NCBI GenBank assembly: GCA_963718845.1
Contig: CAVRAD010000006.1
Span: 343,815-407,814, forward strand
DNA: 64,000 bases
Source of the DNA: an uncultured Acidobacteriota bacterium
Lineage (GTDB): Bacteria > Acidobacteriota > UBA6911
Direction: 5' to 3'
In this document: positions 40,196 to 49,730 of the stretch, piece by piece
Layout of the letters: each line of letters begins with the position of its first letter
Position numbering within the stretch: position 1 is the stretch's first letter
Notes under the pieces: model-generated
Told to the model about the DNA's origin: nothing
What the model saw: only the letters and a program-made list of their open reading frames with translations
Database searches by the model: none
Program-made: the position numbers and the translations under genes

Positions 40196-41561
40196 TTACT
40201 GGCTGATCCAAACGGTTTGGATGTTGACGAATTCCCGGATGCCCAATTCGGAAAGCTCCCGGCCATAGCCTGAGCGCTTGATGCCGCCAAACGGGAGGCG
40301 CGGATCCGAAGCGACGATGCCGTTGATGAAAACTTGTCCAGCCTCAATTTTGCGGGCCAGTCGCTTCGCATTTTCAAGATCGGAAGTCCATAAACTGGAA
40401 CCAAGGCCATACGGAGTTTGATTTGCAAGCCGGATTGCTTCCTCTGTGTCTTTGGCTCTCATCAAGGCGGCTACCGGGCCAAACACTTCTTCGCATCCTG
40501 CCGGCATATCCGGCCGGACATTCGGTCAATACGGTCGGTTCAAAAAAATAGCCCGTCCCTTCGCAACGCTTTCCTCCCAGAAGAATGACAGCGCCCTGGC
40601 GGACCGATTCCTGGATCTGCCGTTCCAGGTCTTTCACGAATTCAGGCCTGGCCAAGGGGCCGACTTGAGTAGAACGGTCCATCGGATTTCCCATCTTCAG
40701 AGCACGAACCCCTTCGACAAAACGATCCTGGAAATCCCGGAAGACAGGTGTTGCGACGATGAATCTCTTCGCTGCGATACAGCTCTGTCCTGTGTTTTGG
40801 TAGCGTGCGCGCACGGCGGCCTTGACGGTAGCGTCGATATCCGCATCCTCAAGCACTATGAACGGGTCGGAGCCTCCAAGTTCCATCACCGTCTTTTTTA
40901 TTGCGCGCCCTGCGCACGAGGCCACCTGGCTGCCGGCGCCTTCGCTGCCTGTAAGCGTAACTGCGGCGATGGCCGGGTGCTCGATCAACCTGGAGACGCG
41001 CGAAACCCGGAACCAGAAGGGATTGAAACGCTCCCTTCGGAAATCCTGCTTCCCTGAAGATTTCTTCAATGGCCAGGGCGCACTGCGGAACATTCGATGC
41101 ATGTTTCAGGATTGCCGTGTTCCCGGCCATCAAAGCGGGCGCTGCAAATCGGAAGACCTGCCAGAAAGGGTAATTCCAAGGCATGACTGCGAGCACCACT
41201 CCCAATGGCGAGTATTGGATATAGCTTTCGGCCGCATTCGAAATGCGGGGCTCGTCGCAAAGAAACTGCTCTGCATTGTCGGCGTAATAATCGCAGTTCC
41301 ATGCGCATTTTTCGACTTCCGCTTCCGATTCGACCACCGGTTTTCCCATCTCGGCCGTCATGAGATCCGCGAATCTGGCCTTGTGCCGGCGAAGATAGGT
41401 CTGCCGCTTTCTTCATCAGACTGGCGCGTGCGGAAAATTTTTCGGTGCTCCATGTTCGAAAGGCCTTTTGGGCGAGGTCCAGCGCCTCCTCCGTCTGCTG
41501 CTCGGAAAGGATCCTGATAGGATCCCAGGACCTCTTCTGTCGCCGGATTGATGGAATGCAT
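40196..41561 (-). pseudogene. NAD(P)-dependent aldehyde dehydrogenase (succinate-semialdehyde dehydrogenase-like), with at least 4 frame breaks
   Basis: The ordered fragments are MHSINPATEEVLG, then MTAEMGKPVVESEAEVEKCA...PLGVVLAVMPWNYPFWQVFRFAAPALMAGN. VTLTGSEGAGSQV...VMELGGSDPFIV...QNTGQSCIAAKR follows. The last fragment is [15 protein letters not shown]...PYGLGSSLW...[24 protein letters not shown]. Confidence 0.85.
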
Positions 41562-41639
41562 GAAGTCAGGGGAACCCATAAATGCACCTCATGATATTTG
41601 CCAAGACTATAGCGCCGATCCTTCCGCCTTGAAATTTGA

Positions 41640-44318
41640 TTAGGGCCGTCCGAAACTGATCATGTTTGCGAAGATCCGGAATGCCCCGTGGTTTCCTGCC
41701 GGCAACTGGCGAAACCAGGAATACCCCGTATAAATGTAGTGCCCCTTACCGTACTGCGCATACAGCATCCCGCCGTTTTTAGCGGATTCGCCGGGATCGT
41801 TGCCGGCCAGAAGCGGCGTGTAGCGCTGATCCCACGAATTCATGAAGTACAGTCCTCGTTCCTGCACCCAATCCCTGAAATCGCTTTCGCTGATTTTGTT
41901 GGGTTGATTAAAAACCGGATTCGTCGGGTCAAGAATGCGGATCGGAGAGTCCTCGGCCGTGATTCTGTCCGAATCCGAAACGCTCATAGGATAGGGGCCA
42001 AAAATAAAAGGCGAACCGGTCCCTGCACCCGAAGGCCTTCCCATCGGCCTGACATACTGCACGATCAGAGTTCCGCCTTGAGCGACGTAGTTCAGGAGGC
42101 GCTGATTGTGCGCGCTGAGATCGTCATTTACGTTGTATGCCCGGATTCCCGTAATGATGGTCGAGAAACGGTTGAGGTCGCCGAACGCCAGATCTGCCGT
42201 CGACAGAATCTGAGGCCTTATTCCAAGCTGCTCCAGCGCAGCGGGGATTTCGTCTCCCGCCCCAGGGATGTACCCGATAGCCAGATTCGAAGCTACCTTG
42301 ATGTCGAATATCTCAATTCTGGATTGAGCCCGGCTATACATATTCCTGGTCCAGTTTTCGGGATAGGAAATTGTCTGGTATCCGCTGCGGAATACTTGAT
42401 TGCCAACCAGGGCTACTGCGTCGATGGGATAGCTGCCCGGTTCGACTCCGGATGGCACATGCAGCAGAAATTTGCCGGCGAACGTCTCGCCCTTGCGGGA
42501 GAGGCTGAACGGCAATTCCGAAGGCTCAGCGTGCCACTTTTCGGGAACAATGAGTTTCAATTTCCCTTGTGCGCCGCTTTTGTTATTGCTCAGGATCGAG
42601 ACCTGAAACTCGTAGCCCTTTGTGCCGGAGCCGGCTGGAGAAATCACGATTTGCGGATTCAAAGCCACAGAAAGCTCCGGCGCAATATGAAAATCAATAA
42701 AATCCGATCCGCGCATTGGATCTCCGGCCTGCGTCATCGCCGACGCAAGGACGGGGAACTCCATCCCCTGAAACAGGTATCGGGCTTCGGCCGCAATTTC
42801 AGGCAAGCCAAACGGGGCGAAAGCATCGTCTACCGGCAAAAGCGCATAGCGCGCATCGGCAGGGTTTTCGAGATGCCAGAAAGGTTCGGTAAAGCCTGCT
42901 TTCGGAGAGATATCGAAAGCAAGCCTGCAGGACGCGGAACCTCCGCGCGACAGCGGATTGCCCTTCAGGCAGTTTTCCGGAACTTCGAAACTCCCTTTGC
43001 CCGTTTGCGCGCGCAGGGACGCGCCGTTCAGGAAAACTGTTTCCGTGCCTCGATTATAAAAACTGAGACTGACCGGCACTCGTTCACCGGGCGTTGCCGT
43101 GGCATCGTCGGCTCTGGCGATGAAATGTATTCCCAAGACCGTTTGAACCGCTTTCTGAAAATCCCGGAGCTTTTCGCTGAGGGCTTCCGAAAGACTTTCC
43201 TTTGCAGGCTTTGAAAGAGAACTGGCTGCGATCTTTTTCAGGGATTCTCCGAGGATCCGGGCTCCTCTGGCTGCATCCGCGGCGCTCTTTTCAGGATGCA
43301 AGACCTGAAAAGCATCGAGAGCTTCCGCTGCCGCCTCCTGAACTTCGGCAAGGTCCTCTTTGAGAAAGGAGACGCTTTGCTTCTCATCCCCGGCAAGTTC
43401 CAAAATCGCCATTAACGATGTATCGATGGATTCGAAAAATGAATTCCCGTTCTGCTGCATTCCAGTCGCAGAATCCACCAGCTCATAGCTTTCAAAAACC
43501 TGGCCCGGCAGTGCGACAGCAGTTCCGTTTCCCTGCGTCCGGTGCTTGCTGTAGCCTTCGCTTCCGATTTCTCGATAGGATCGGCCCAGCACGGGGTCGT
43601 AGTCTCCCACGGGCACTCGGACAACGTCAGCTTTCTCTCCACCGGGAGACGGATTTGCCCAGACTCGAGAGCCTGCATACAGCTTCTTTGCCTGCCAGGG
43701 TTGAAGTCCTTGTTTAATCTGATCGGGGAATTTTTGCGGATCGCCCGCGGCGCGAAAGGCTTCTCTGGCAAGGATGCCAGCTGCCTGGTGATGCCCGTGC
43801 CCATCGCCCGCATTGCCCTGGAACTTTGAAATGACGATAGTGGGACGCCAGCGGCGAAAGAAGCGGACCATTTCCTCAAGTGTGGCCTCGTGCCCCCACT
43901 TTGCCAGCGTTTCTTCCGCCGTTTTGGAGAAGCCGAAATCCAGGACTGAGCTGAAATAGAGGTCCACTCCGTAGTACTTGCAGGCTTCGAGGAGTTCTCC
44001 CGTGCGGACCAGCCCCAGTGCCTGGTATTTTTCATTGCCGAGTATGTTCTGCCCTCCCTCTCCTCGAGTCAGGCAAAACAACGCTGTTTGGGCATGGAAT
44101 TTGCGGGAAAGCCATGTCAGTGTTCCAGCGCTTTCATCATCGGGATGCGCGGTTGTATGCAATACGCGAACGTACACCGGCAGCTTTTCCAAAGCCGCCA
44201 CTATCCCCGCAGTCCCTCGCTCTTCAGGCAGCGGATACACGTTGCGATTGCCGGCTCTCAATCCTACAATCGCCAACAGAACCGCCAAAGCCGAGCTGAT
44301 CAACCAGTACCGTTTCAT
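41640..44318 (-). CDS. PIG-L/LmbE-family deacetylase fused to a large C-terminal region (892 aa)
   Basis: Signal peptide, then VLHTTAHPDDESAGTLTWL...LTRGEGGQN (LmbE zinc-site motif). A further ~650 aa of intact ORF follow. Confidence 0.8.
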   Translation of the reverse strand: MKRYWLISSALAVLLAIVGLRAGNRNVYPLPEERGTAGIVAALEKLPVYVRVLHTTAHPDDESAGTLTWLSRKFHAQTALFCLTRGEGGQNILGNEKYQALGLVRTGELLEACKYYGVDLYFSSVLDFGFSKTAEETLAKWGHEATLEEMVRFFRRWRPTIVISKFQGNAGDGHGHHQAAGILAREAFRAAGDPQKFPDQIKQGLQPWQAKKLYAGSRVWANPSPGGEKADVVRVPVGDYDPVLGRSYREIGSEGYSKHRTQGNGTAVALPGQVFESYELVDSATGMQQNGNSFFESIDTSLMAILELAGDEKQSVSFLKEDLAEVQEAAAEALDAFQVLHPEKSAADAARGARILGESLKKIAASSLSKPAKESLSEALSEKLRDFQKAVQTVLGIHFIARADDATATPGERVPVSLSFYNRGTETVFLNGASLRAQTGKGSFEVPENCLKGNPLSRGGSASCRLAFDISPKAGFTEPFWHLENPADARYALLPVDDAFAPFGLPEIAAEARYLFQGMEFPVLASAMTQAGDPMRGSDFIDFHIAPELSVALNPQIVISPAGSGTKGYEFQVSILSNNKSGAQGKLKLIVPEKWHAEPSELPFSLSRKGETFAGKFLLHVPSGVEPGSYPIDAVALVGNQVFRSGYQTISYPENWTRNMYSRAQSRIEIFDIKVASNLAIGYIPGAGDEIPAALEQLGIRPQILSTADLAFGDLNRFSTIITGIRAYNVNDDLSAHNQRLLNYVAQGGTLIVQYVRPMGRPSGAGTGSPFIFGPYPMSVSDSDRITAEDSPIRILDPTNPVFNQPNKISESDFRDWVQERGLYFMNSWDQRYTPLLAGNDPGESAKNGGMLYAQYGKGHYIYTGYSWFRQLPAGNHGAFRIFANMISFGRP

Positions 44319-44343
44319 TTTCCCCCCCTGTTTGTAGCGGCAA

Positions 44344-44473
44344 AAAGGAATAAGGGATCAAAGGATCATAGGATCATAGGATTCAAGGATTAAAGGAATA
44401 GAGGGAAGAAGAAGGAGTGACCGATTTGTATTTTGGCTTCTTTGTCTTTATCCCTTGAATCCTTTGATCCTTC
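44344..44473. repeat. Hairpin array of AAGGATY-type units
   Basis: aaaggaataagggatcaaaggatcataggatcataggattcaaggattaaaggaatagaggg pairs imperfectly with ctttatcccttgaatcctttgatcctt. Confidence 0.7.
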
Positions 44474-44490
44474 TCAAAAGCCGGGGCTGC

Positions 44491-46143
44491 CTAAAGCAGG
44501 CGAAGCACCCGATGTGAGAAACAACGAGCGTCCAGCGAAGCGCGGATCGTTTGCGTAATAGAAGATCCATGGTGAATCCAGAAGTGCTGGATGCCCAGTT
44601 CGCGCTCCTGCAGTTTTTGATTGGGGTAACAGCTATTCATTACCAAATCGATCATGTTGGAGATCATGGAATTGTTTGCGGTTTCCAATCGGACGACCTG
44701 AGACTTCAGGCGCTGCACATTATGAAGAATTTTTCTCTTGGCCGTATCCAGCGACGTTGCTAGCGTTGGGTCTACCGTCTGGATCCCAGGTCGGATTTCG
44801 GTCAAGCCTTGATCCAAATGCTCCTGTAGTGCCTCCACGTTCGATGCGGCTTCTGAAAGCCCCGAACGGCGCAGCGCTTTTTCAATGAGGAATTGCCTTC
44901 CGCGGAAGCAGTCCTGCACATCGATGCCCATCTGATCCATTTTGGCGCTGATTTCAGGTTCGATCAGCGTAAAACTATTGCGGGGCCAGATGATGGGCAT
45001 CGGACGATTCCACATTTCGTAGAGAACCTCTATCTGAGCAAAATAAGCCACCTCAGCCGATCCGCCCACATACGCCAGAGTAGGGAACAGGTAATCCTGA
45101 ATTAGCGGGCGAAGCAGAACGTTGGGGCTGAATTTTTCAGGAGTTTCTTCGGCACAGCGCAGCAATGCATCCAGGCTGAAATGGTCATCGCTGCCTTTTA
45201 AAAAAAACCGCGCATCCTTTTTTTCCAGAGCGTAGCGCGCCCCGTCCTGAAAATAGAAAAGCACCGTCGAGTTTTCCAGGATGCTGACCTGCGCGTGAAA
45301 TCCGGCCGCTTCGAGATCTTTGTTTCTTGCCAGAAGAGCCGCACGCAAGATGTCCGCATCGCGGAGAGCCTTTTGAAATATCCCTCGCGTTAACCGTTTC
45401 GCTTCCGGGTCCTGAGGATCGAAAAGGATCAAACCCGAACCGTGGAGAATGGCGGAAAGGAGTTGCGCAAAAGACTGTGCGAATGTATCGCCGGGCTTGC
45501 ATGAGGATTCAAGCTGGGCCTGGACTTCCGGCTTCCATGGGGTGTCAGGAAGATGGTTGAGATAGTCCTCGACAACCTGCCGGATATTTGCGGGAAACTG
45601 CATGCGGCCGACCGAACCCCGCGGCACTCCGTCATCCTTAAAAAGCATGCCCTGATACTCGGTGACGCGCAGGGAGTGATCGGCCAGCGTGAGCGTGCGA
45701 CGCGTGGCTTCCGGCAAATCATGGTCTTCTGTTTCCATCCAAAAAACAGGCACCGCACGGATTCCCCGCGTTTTTAATTCGTCTGCGATCTGAATTGCAG
45801 TAAGGGCTTTGTAGACCGTATATAGCGGGCCGGTGAAGAGCCCTACCTGCTGTCCCGTCAGGACAGCGGCGCAATCCGGTTCTTCCAGGCTGTCAATATT
45901 TCGCATTGTTTCGGAATCGCTTCCGAAACTTTTGTTCTGACGGCGCAGGATGGAGGCGATTTCCGCGCGGGGATACTGAAGGCTCGTTAGAATGTTTTTC
46001 GCCGCGTGTTCCAGATTTTCCATCGTGGGAGCGTTCCGATAGAAACGAAGCGCATCAGGCGAAAAATCAAGGTAGTTTAAAAACAGTGAAGACTGATGGG
46101 GAATTTTGCGAAAGGGTATGTCCTCGACCTTGACCTTTGTCAT
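44491..46143 (-). CDS. bshC: Bacillithiol biosynthesis cysteine-adding enzyme BshC
   Basis: 550-aa intact ORF with LTGQQVGLFTGPLYTVYKALTAIQIA, a C-terminal coiled-coil region and typical BshC length. Confidence 0.8.
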   Translation of the reverse strand: MTKVKVEDIPFRKIPHQSSLFLNYLDFSPDALRFYRNAPTMENLEHAAKNILTSLQYPRAEIASILRRQNKSFGSDSETMRNIDSLEEPDCAAVLTGQQVGLFTGPLYTVYKALTAIQIADELKTRGIRAVPVFWMETEDHDLPEATRRTLTLADHSLRVTEYQGMLFKDDGVPRGSVGRMQFPANIRQVVEDYLNHLPDTPWKPEVQAQLESSCKPGDTFAQSFAQLLSAILHGSGLILFDPQDPEAKRLTRGIFQKALRDADILRAALLARNKDLEAAGFHAQVSILENSTVLFYFQDGARYALEKKDARFFLKGSDDHFSLDALLRCAEETPEKFSPNVLLRPLIQDYLFPTLAYVGGSAEVAYFAQIEVLYEMWNRPMPIIWPRNSFTLIEPEISAKMDQMGIDVQDCFRGRQFLIEKALRRSGLSEAASNVEALQEHLDQGLTEIRPGIQTVDPTLATSLDTAKRKILHNVQRLKSQVVRLETANNSMISNMIDLVMNSCYPNQKLQERELGIQHFWIHHGSSITQTIRASLDARCFSHRVLRLL

Positions 46144-46150
46144 ATATGCC

Positions 46151-46449
46151 TAGTCTGTAGTCGGCAGTCGTTAGTTGTTAGTCGGCAGTCGGCAGTCGGC
46201 AGTCAGTCGCAGTCGTTAGTCGTTAGTCGTTAGTCGTTAGTACATTGGCAGTGAATGCTACTATTACATGATAATCAATCATTACTTTTTATTCGAGTTT
46301 CACTGCCAGCTGCCGACAGCTGATAGCGGACTGCTGACTGCTGACTAACGACTGCCGACTAACGACTGCCGACTAACGACTAACGACTGCCGACTAACGA
46401 CTGCCGACTGCCGACTAACGACTAACGACTGCCGACTGCCGACTAACGA
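46151..46449. repeat. About 300-bp hairpin array of TAGTCGT/CAGTCGG heptamers (largest in the window)
   Basis: The left arm 46151-46256 (tagtcggcagtcgttagttgttagtcggcagtcggcagtcgg...tagtcgttagtcgttag..ggcagtgaa) pairs with the right arm 46298-46449 (ttcactgcc..ctgccgac..ctgactaacgactgccgactaacgac...). The loop is AT-rich and about 40 nt long. Confidence 0.85.
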
Positions 46450-47697
46450 CTACTTCTTGTACTTTCTCTCTCGATACATCGTGGAGCGCACTCCCGCCAA
46501 GTCAAGGAGCGCTTCAACTTTATTAGGCAAGCCGAACAGGTTGATGAAGCCTTCCGCTTCCTTCTGGTTATACACAGAGTCTTCGGCGAAGGTGGCGAGA
46601 TCTTCCCGGTACAAGGAGTAGGGAGATTTTCTGCCGGCGATGATTATATTTCCTTTGTACAATTTCAGCCGGACGGTTCCGGTGACGCGGGTCTGGATGG
46701 AATCGATGAAGGCGTCCATCGCGTAGCGCAGAGGCGCGAACCACTGGCCGTTGTACACCAGTTCGGCATATTTGCCCGCGAGGATGTCTTTGTAATGGAG
46801 TGTCGCCTTGTCGAGTGTCAGACTTTCCAGTTCCCGATGTGCAACCAAAAGGAGTGTGCCGCCGGGCGTTTCATAGACGCCTCTCGATTTCATGCCGACA
46901 AGCCGGTTTTCTACGAGGTCGACGCGTCCCACACCATGCGCTCCTCCGACTCTATTCAGCGTTTCGACCACTTGCACGGCGCCGAGCTTTTTGCCGTCTA
47001 CCGCGATCGGATTTCCGTTCTCAAATTCTATTTCCACGTATTGAGGCGTTTCCGGCGCCTTTTCAGGGGACACCGTCAACACATACATGTCCTCTGCCGG
47101 CTCGGCCCAGGGATTTTCCAGGATGCCGCCCTCGTGGCTAAGATGCCAGAGGTTCCGGTCCTCGCTGTAGATCTTTGTCTTCGTTGCCGTGATAGGGATC
47201 TTTCGGTCTTGCGCGTAATCAATTGCATCTTCACGGGATTTGAGATCCCACTCGCGCCACGGTGCAATAATCCGCAGCTTGGGGTTAAGCGCCTTATAGG
47301 TCAGCTCAAACCGCACCTGGTCGTTACCCTTGCCGGTACATCCGTGTGCAACCGCATCCGCGCCTTCCTGCTCCGCGATCTCCACCTGTCTGCGCGCGAT
47401 GAGCGGGCGCGCGAATGAAGTCCCGAGCAGATATTTTCTTTCGTAGATTGCTCCGGCTCGCAGTGTGGGCAGCGCAAACTCGCAGATGAACTCTTCCCGC
47501 AAGTCCTCGATGATGCACTTTGAGGCGCCTGTTCGGATGGCTTTTTCTTCCAGTCCCTTCAGTTCGCTCCCCTGCCCGATATCTGCCGCGAAAGCGATGA
47601 CTTCTGCGCCATAGTTATCTTTCAGCCATGGGATAATGATGGAGGTATCCAACCCTCCGCTGTATGCCAGTACGACTTTCTTTGCTTTTGCACTCAT
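46450..47697 (-). CDS. argG: Argininosuccinate synthase
   Basis: [27 protein letters not shown] and the rest are intact. The ATG at 47697 is preceded by GGAG. Confidence 0.95.
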   Translation of the reverse strand: MSAKAKKVVLAYSGGLDTSIIIPWLKDNYGAEVIAFAADIGQGSELKGLEEKAIRTGASKCIIEDLREEFICEFALPTLRAGAIYERKYLLGTSFARPLIARRQVEIAEQEGADAVAHGCTGKGNDQVRFELTYKALNPKLRIIAPWREWDLKSREDAIDYAQDRKIPITATKTKIYSEDRNLWHLSHEGGILENPWAEPAEDMYVLTVSPEKAPETPQYVEIEFENGNPIAVDGKKLGAVQVVETLNRVGGAHGVGRVDLVENRLVGMKSRGVYETPGGTLLLVAHRELESLTLDKATLHYKDILAGKYAELVYNGQWFAPLRYAMDAFIDSIQTRVTGTVRLKLYKGNIIIAGRKSPYSLYREDLATFAEDSVYNQKEAEGFINLFGLPNKVEALLDLAGVRSTMYRERKYKK

Positions 47698-47712
47698 GGA
47701 TACAATCTCCAA

Positions 47713-48765
47713 TTAGCCCTCTTGCGGGCCCAAGGCGGTGACCAACCGTTTAAGATCTGCGGCCTTGTCTTTGGAACAGACAAGAACTTTGCCGTATGCT
47801 TGTACAACTACTAAATCCGAAACGCCGAAGGTCGCGATCGTATCGGACTGCGCATAGAGGATGCAACCGTTTGAATCCAGCGAGACATGAGAGCCCTGCG
47901 CAATATTGCCCAGGGCGTCGGGCGCAAGAGCTCTTTCCAGGGACGCCCAGTTTCCGATGTCGTCCCAGGCGAATTCCGCGGGAATGAGCCGCAATCCCGA
48001 CGATTTTTCCATGATCCCGTAATCGATGGAGATGCGCGGCAAGGATGAGAAAATCTCTGTCCTGCGCGCGTCGGCGTCGCTTTTGCCGATCAGCGGGCGC
48101 AGCGCGCACAGGCCTTTGTATGTTTCCGGCATAAGCACTGCAAAAAGTTCGAGCAGCGTGCTGTTTTTCCATAGAAACATTCCACTGTTCCAGAAATAAT
48201 TTCCCGAGGCAACGTATCGCTCCGCGGTCGGAGCATCCGGCTTTTCGATAAAACGTACCACAGGCCATGCATCCGCCCGGATCGATGGCTTTTCTGCCAG
48301 AATATATCCATAGCCGGTTTCAGCCCGCCTGGGCGTAATGCCGAAAACGACTGCGGTTGCGCCTTCCAGGTTCTCGATACCCTTTTGGATGGTTTTTAGA
48401 TACGCGTCGCCGTTGCCGATGAAGTGATCGGCCGGCAGCGCGAGCAATGTCGCATCCGGATCACGCTGCTCGATATGGAGCGCGCAAAAACCGAGACATG
48501 CGGAAGTGTCGCGGCCCACAGGCTCGATGATAAAATTATCGGCCGGAACCTGAGGAAGTTGCCGACGCGCGATCTCCTCATGCTCCTTCCCGATGGAAAT
48601 CAATATCCTTTCGAGCGGAACAAGCGGCTGCATTCTCACAACGGTTTCCTGGAGCAGTGAATTCGAGCCCAGAAGCGGAATAAAAGGCTTCGGGATCTTG
48701 CTTGTGCTGAGCGGCCAGAACCGTTCTCCGCGCCCGCCTGCCATCACAATGGTATAAAGTGCCAT
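47713..48765 (-). CDS. Mannose-1-phosphate guanylyltransferase-like nucleotidyltransferase
   Basis: [20 protein letters not shown] plus a left-handed beta-helix-like C-terminus. It lies 15 nt upstream of argG. Confidence 0.8.
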   Translation of the reverse strand: MALYTIVMAGGRGERFWPLSTSKIPKPFIPLLGSNSLLQETVVRMQPLVPLERILISIGKEHEEIARRQLPQVPADNFIIEPVGRDTSACLGFCALHIEQRDPDATLLALPADHFIGNGDAYLKTIQKGIENLEGATAVVFGITPRRAETGYGYILAEKPSIRADAWPVVRFIEKPDAPTAERYVASGNYFWNSGMFLWKNSTLLELFAVLMPETYKGLCALRPLIGKSDADARRTEIFSSLPRISIDYGIMEKSSGLRLIPAEFAWDDIGNWASLERALAPDALGNIAQGSHVSLDSNGCILYAQSDTIATFGVSDLVVVQAYGKVLVCSKDKAADLKRLVTALGPQEG

Positions 48766-48888
48766 TTTAGGACCTGCTTCCATGTTCAAGGGGTGGTAAT
48801 TTTAATTGAGACGGGCGCTTTTTCCTATGGAAAAGATGTTCTGAGGAATGCGGAAGTATATACATGTTTTGAATTAGAAGGAGACATT

Positions 48889-49236
48889 ATGGCTGAACTG
48901 AGCCGTGAAAAATGCGAGGCATGCCGCGCCGGCGCTCCCGGGGTTACCGATTCGGAAATAGCGGAACTTGGCCCGCTGGTCCCGGAGTGGAAACTGCTGG
49001 ACGAAGATGAGAGGAAACTCCGACGGATTTTTCGGTTTAAAAATTTCGCGGAGGCTATGGCTTTTACCGTTAAAGTCGGAGAATTGGCGGAATTCGAATC
49101 TCATCATCCGGCAATCCTGACTGAATGGGGCAGAGTAACCATAACCTGGTGGACACATTCAATCCGGGGATTGCACCGTAACGATTTTATTATGGCTGCC
49201 AAGACAGATGCGATCTTTGCCGCCAAGACTTTATGA
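48889..49236 (+). CDS. Pterin-4-alpha-carbinolamine dehydratase
   Basis: [13 protein letters not shown]..., [27 protein letters not shown] and WW THS. gaaGGAGacattATG at 48889. Confidence 0.85.
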   Translation: MAELSREKCEACRAGAPGVTDSEIAELGPLVPEWKLLDEDERKLRRIFRFKNFAEAMAFTVKVGELAEFESHHPAILTEWGRVTITWWTHSIRGLHRNDFIMAAKTDAIFAAKTL

Positions 49237-49262
49237 CGTAGGATATGGGTGCCTTGCCGGCA

Positions 49263-49289
49263 GGCAGCAAACGCCGGTTGCCTTTTTTT
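49263..49289 (+). terminator. Putative Rho-independent terminator after the dehydratase gene
   Basis: GGCAGCaaacgccgGTTGCC stem-loop (6 bp including one G-T pair) followed by T7 (49283-49289). Confidence 0.45.
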
Positions 49290-49347
49290 AGCTATAAAAT
49301 AAAATTTGGTCCTGTTTAACACGTTTAACCGATTGGAGGAATTCGTA

Positions 49348-49728
49348 ATGGCCTTGCTTTCCGGCCGTAAGAAGTCTGAAGTGGCGGAAGTTTTTGATCC
49401 AAATCCTGAAATAATCAATACCATGCCGGCCCGGCCCTACAGGGTTCTGTACGCGGACCTGGCTTTTTATTCGGATCCTGATTGCAAGGGACAGGTGGAC
49501 AATGCACGGCTCGTTGTACTTCGGAGCGAAGATCCAAAACAACAGCACCAGGTACAGGAATGCGTGCCTGCCCGGAAGATGTACCAGGTCGGCCAATTGG
49601 TAGGCTGGGATTTGAACAACAAACGAATCTGGCAAAACAACTGGTACATAAACCCGGAGACAGGAAAAGCGGAAATCGCATGGGTACAGGCCGTGGAATT
49701 CACCGGAAAGGTAGTTAACGCCAAGTAG
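49348..49728 (+). CDS. Hypothetical protein
   Basis: 126-aa ORF from MALLSGRKK with GGAGGAattcgtaATG. I recognise no family. Confidence 0.45.
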   Translation: MALLSGRKKSEVAEVFDPNPEIINTMPARPYRVLYADLAFYSDPDCKGQVDNARLVVLRSEDPKQQHQVQECVPARKMYQVGQLVGWDLNNKRIWQNNWYINPETGKAEIAWVQAVEFTGKVVNAK

Positions 49729-49730
49729 GT

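Noticed and set aside
41688-43214. 508-aa plus-strand ORF antisense to the PIG-L gene
   Set aside because: It is a shadow ORF of the intact 892-aa minus-strand gene. It is Arg-rich with low complexity and has no motifs.
46151-46449. The tandem arrays (here and at 61468-61730, 55215-55300 and 52511-52575) as possible CRISPR arrays
   Set aside because: The units are only 6-8 nt with no unique spacers of 25-40 nt, and no cas genes are nearby. The architecture is microsatellite/hairpin, not repeat-spacer.
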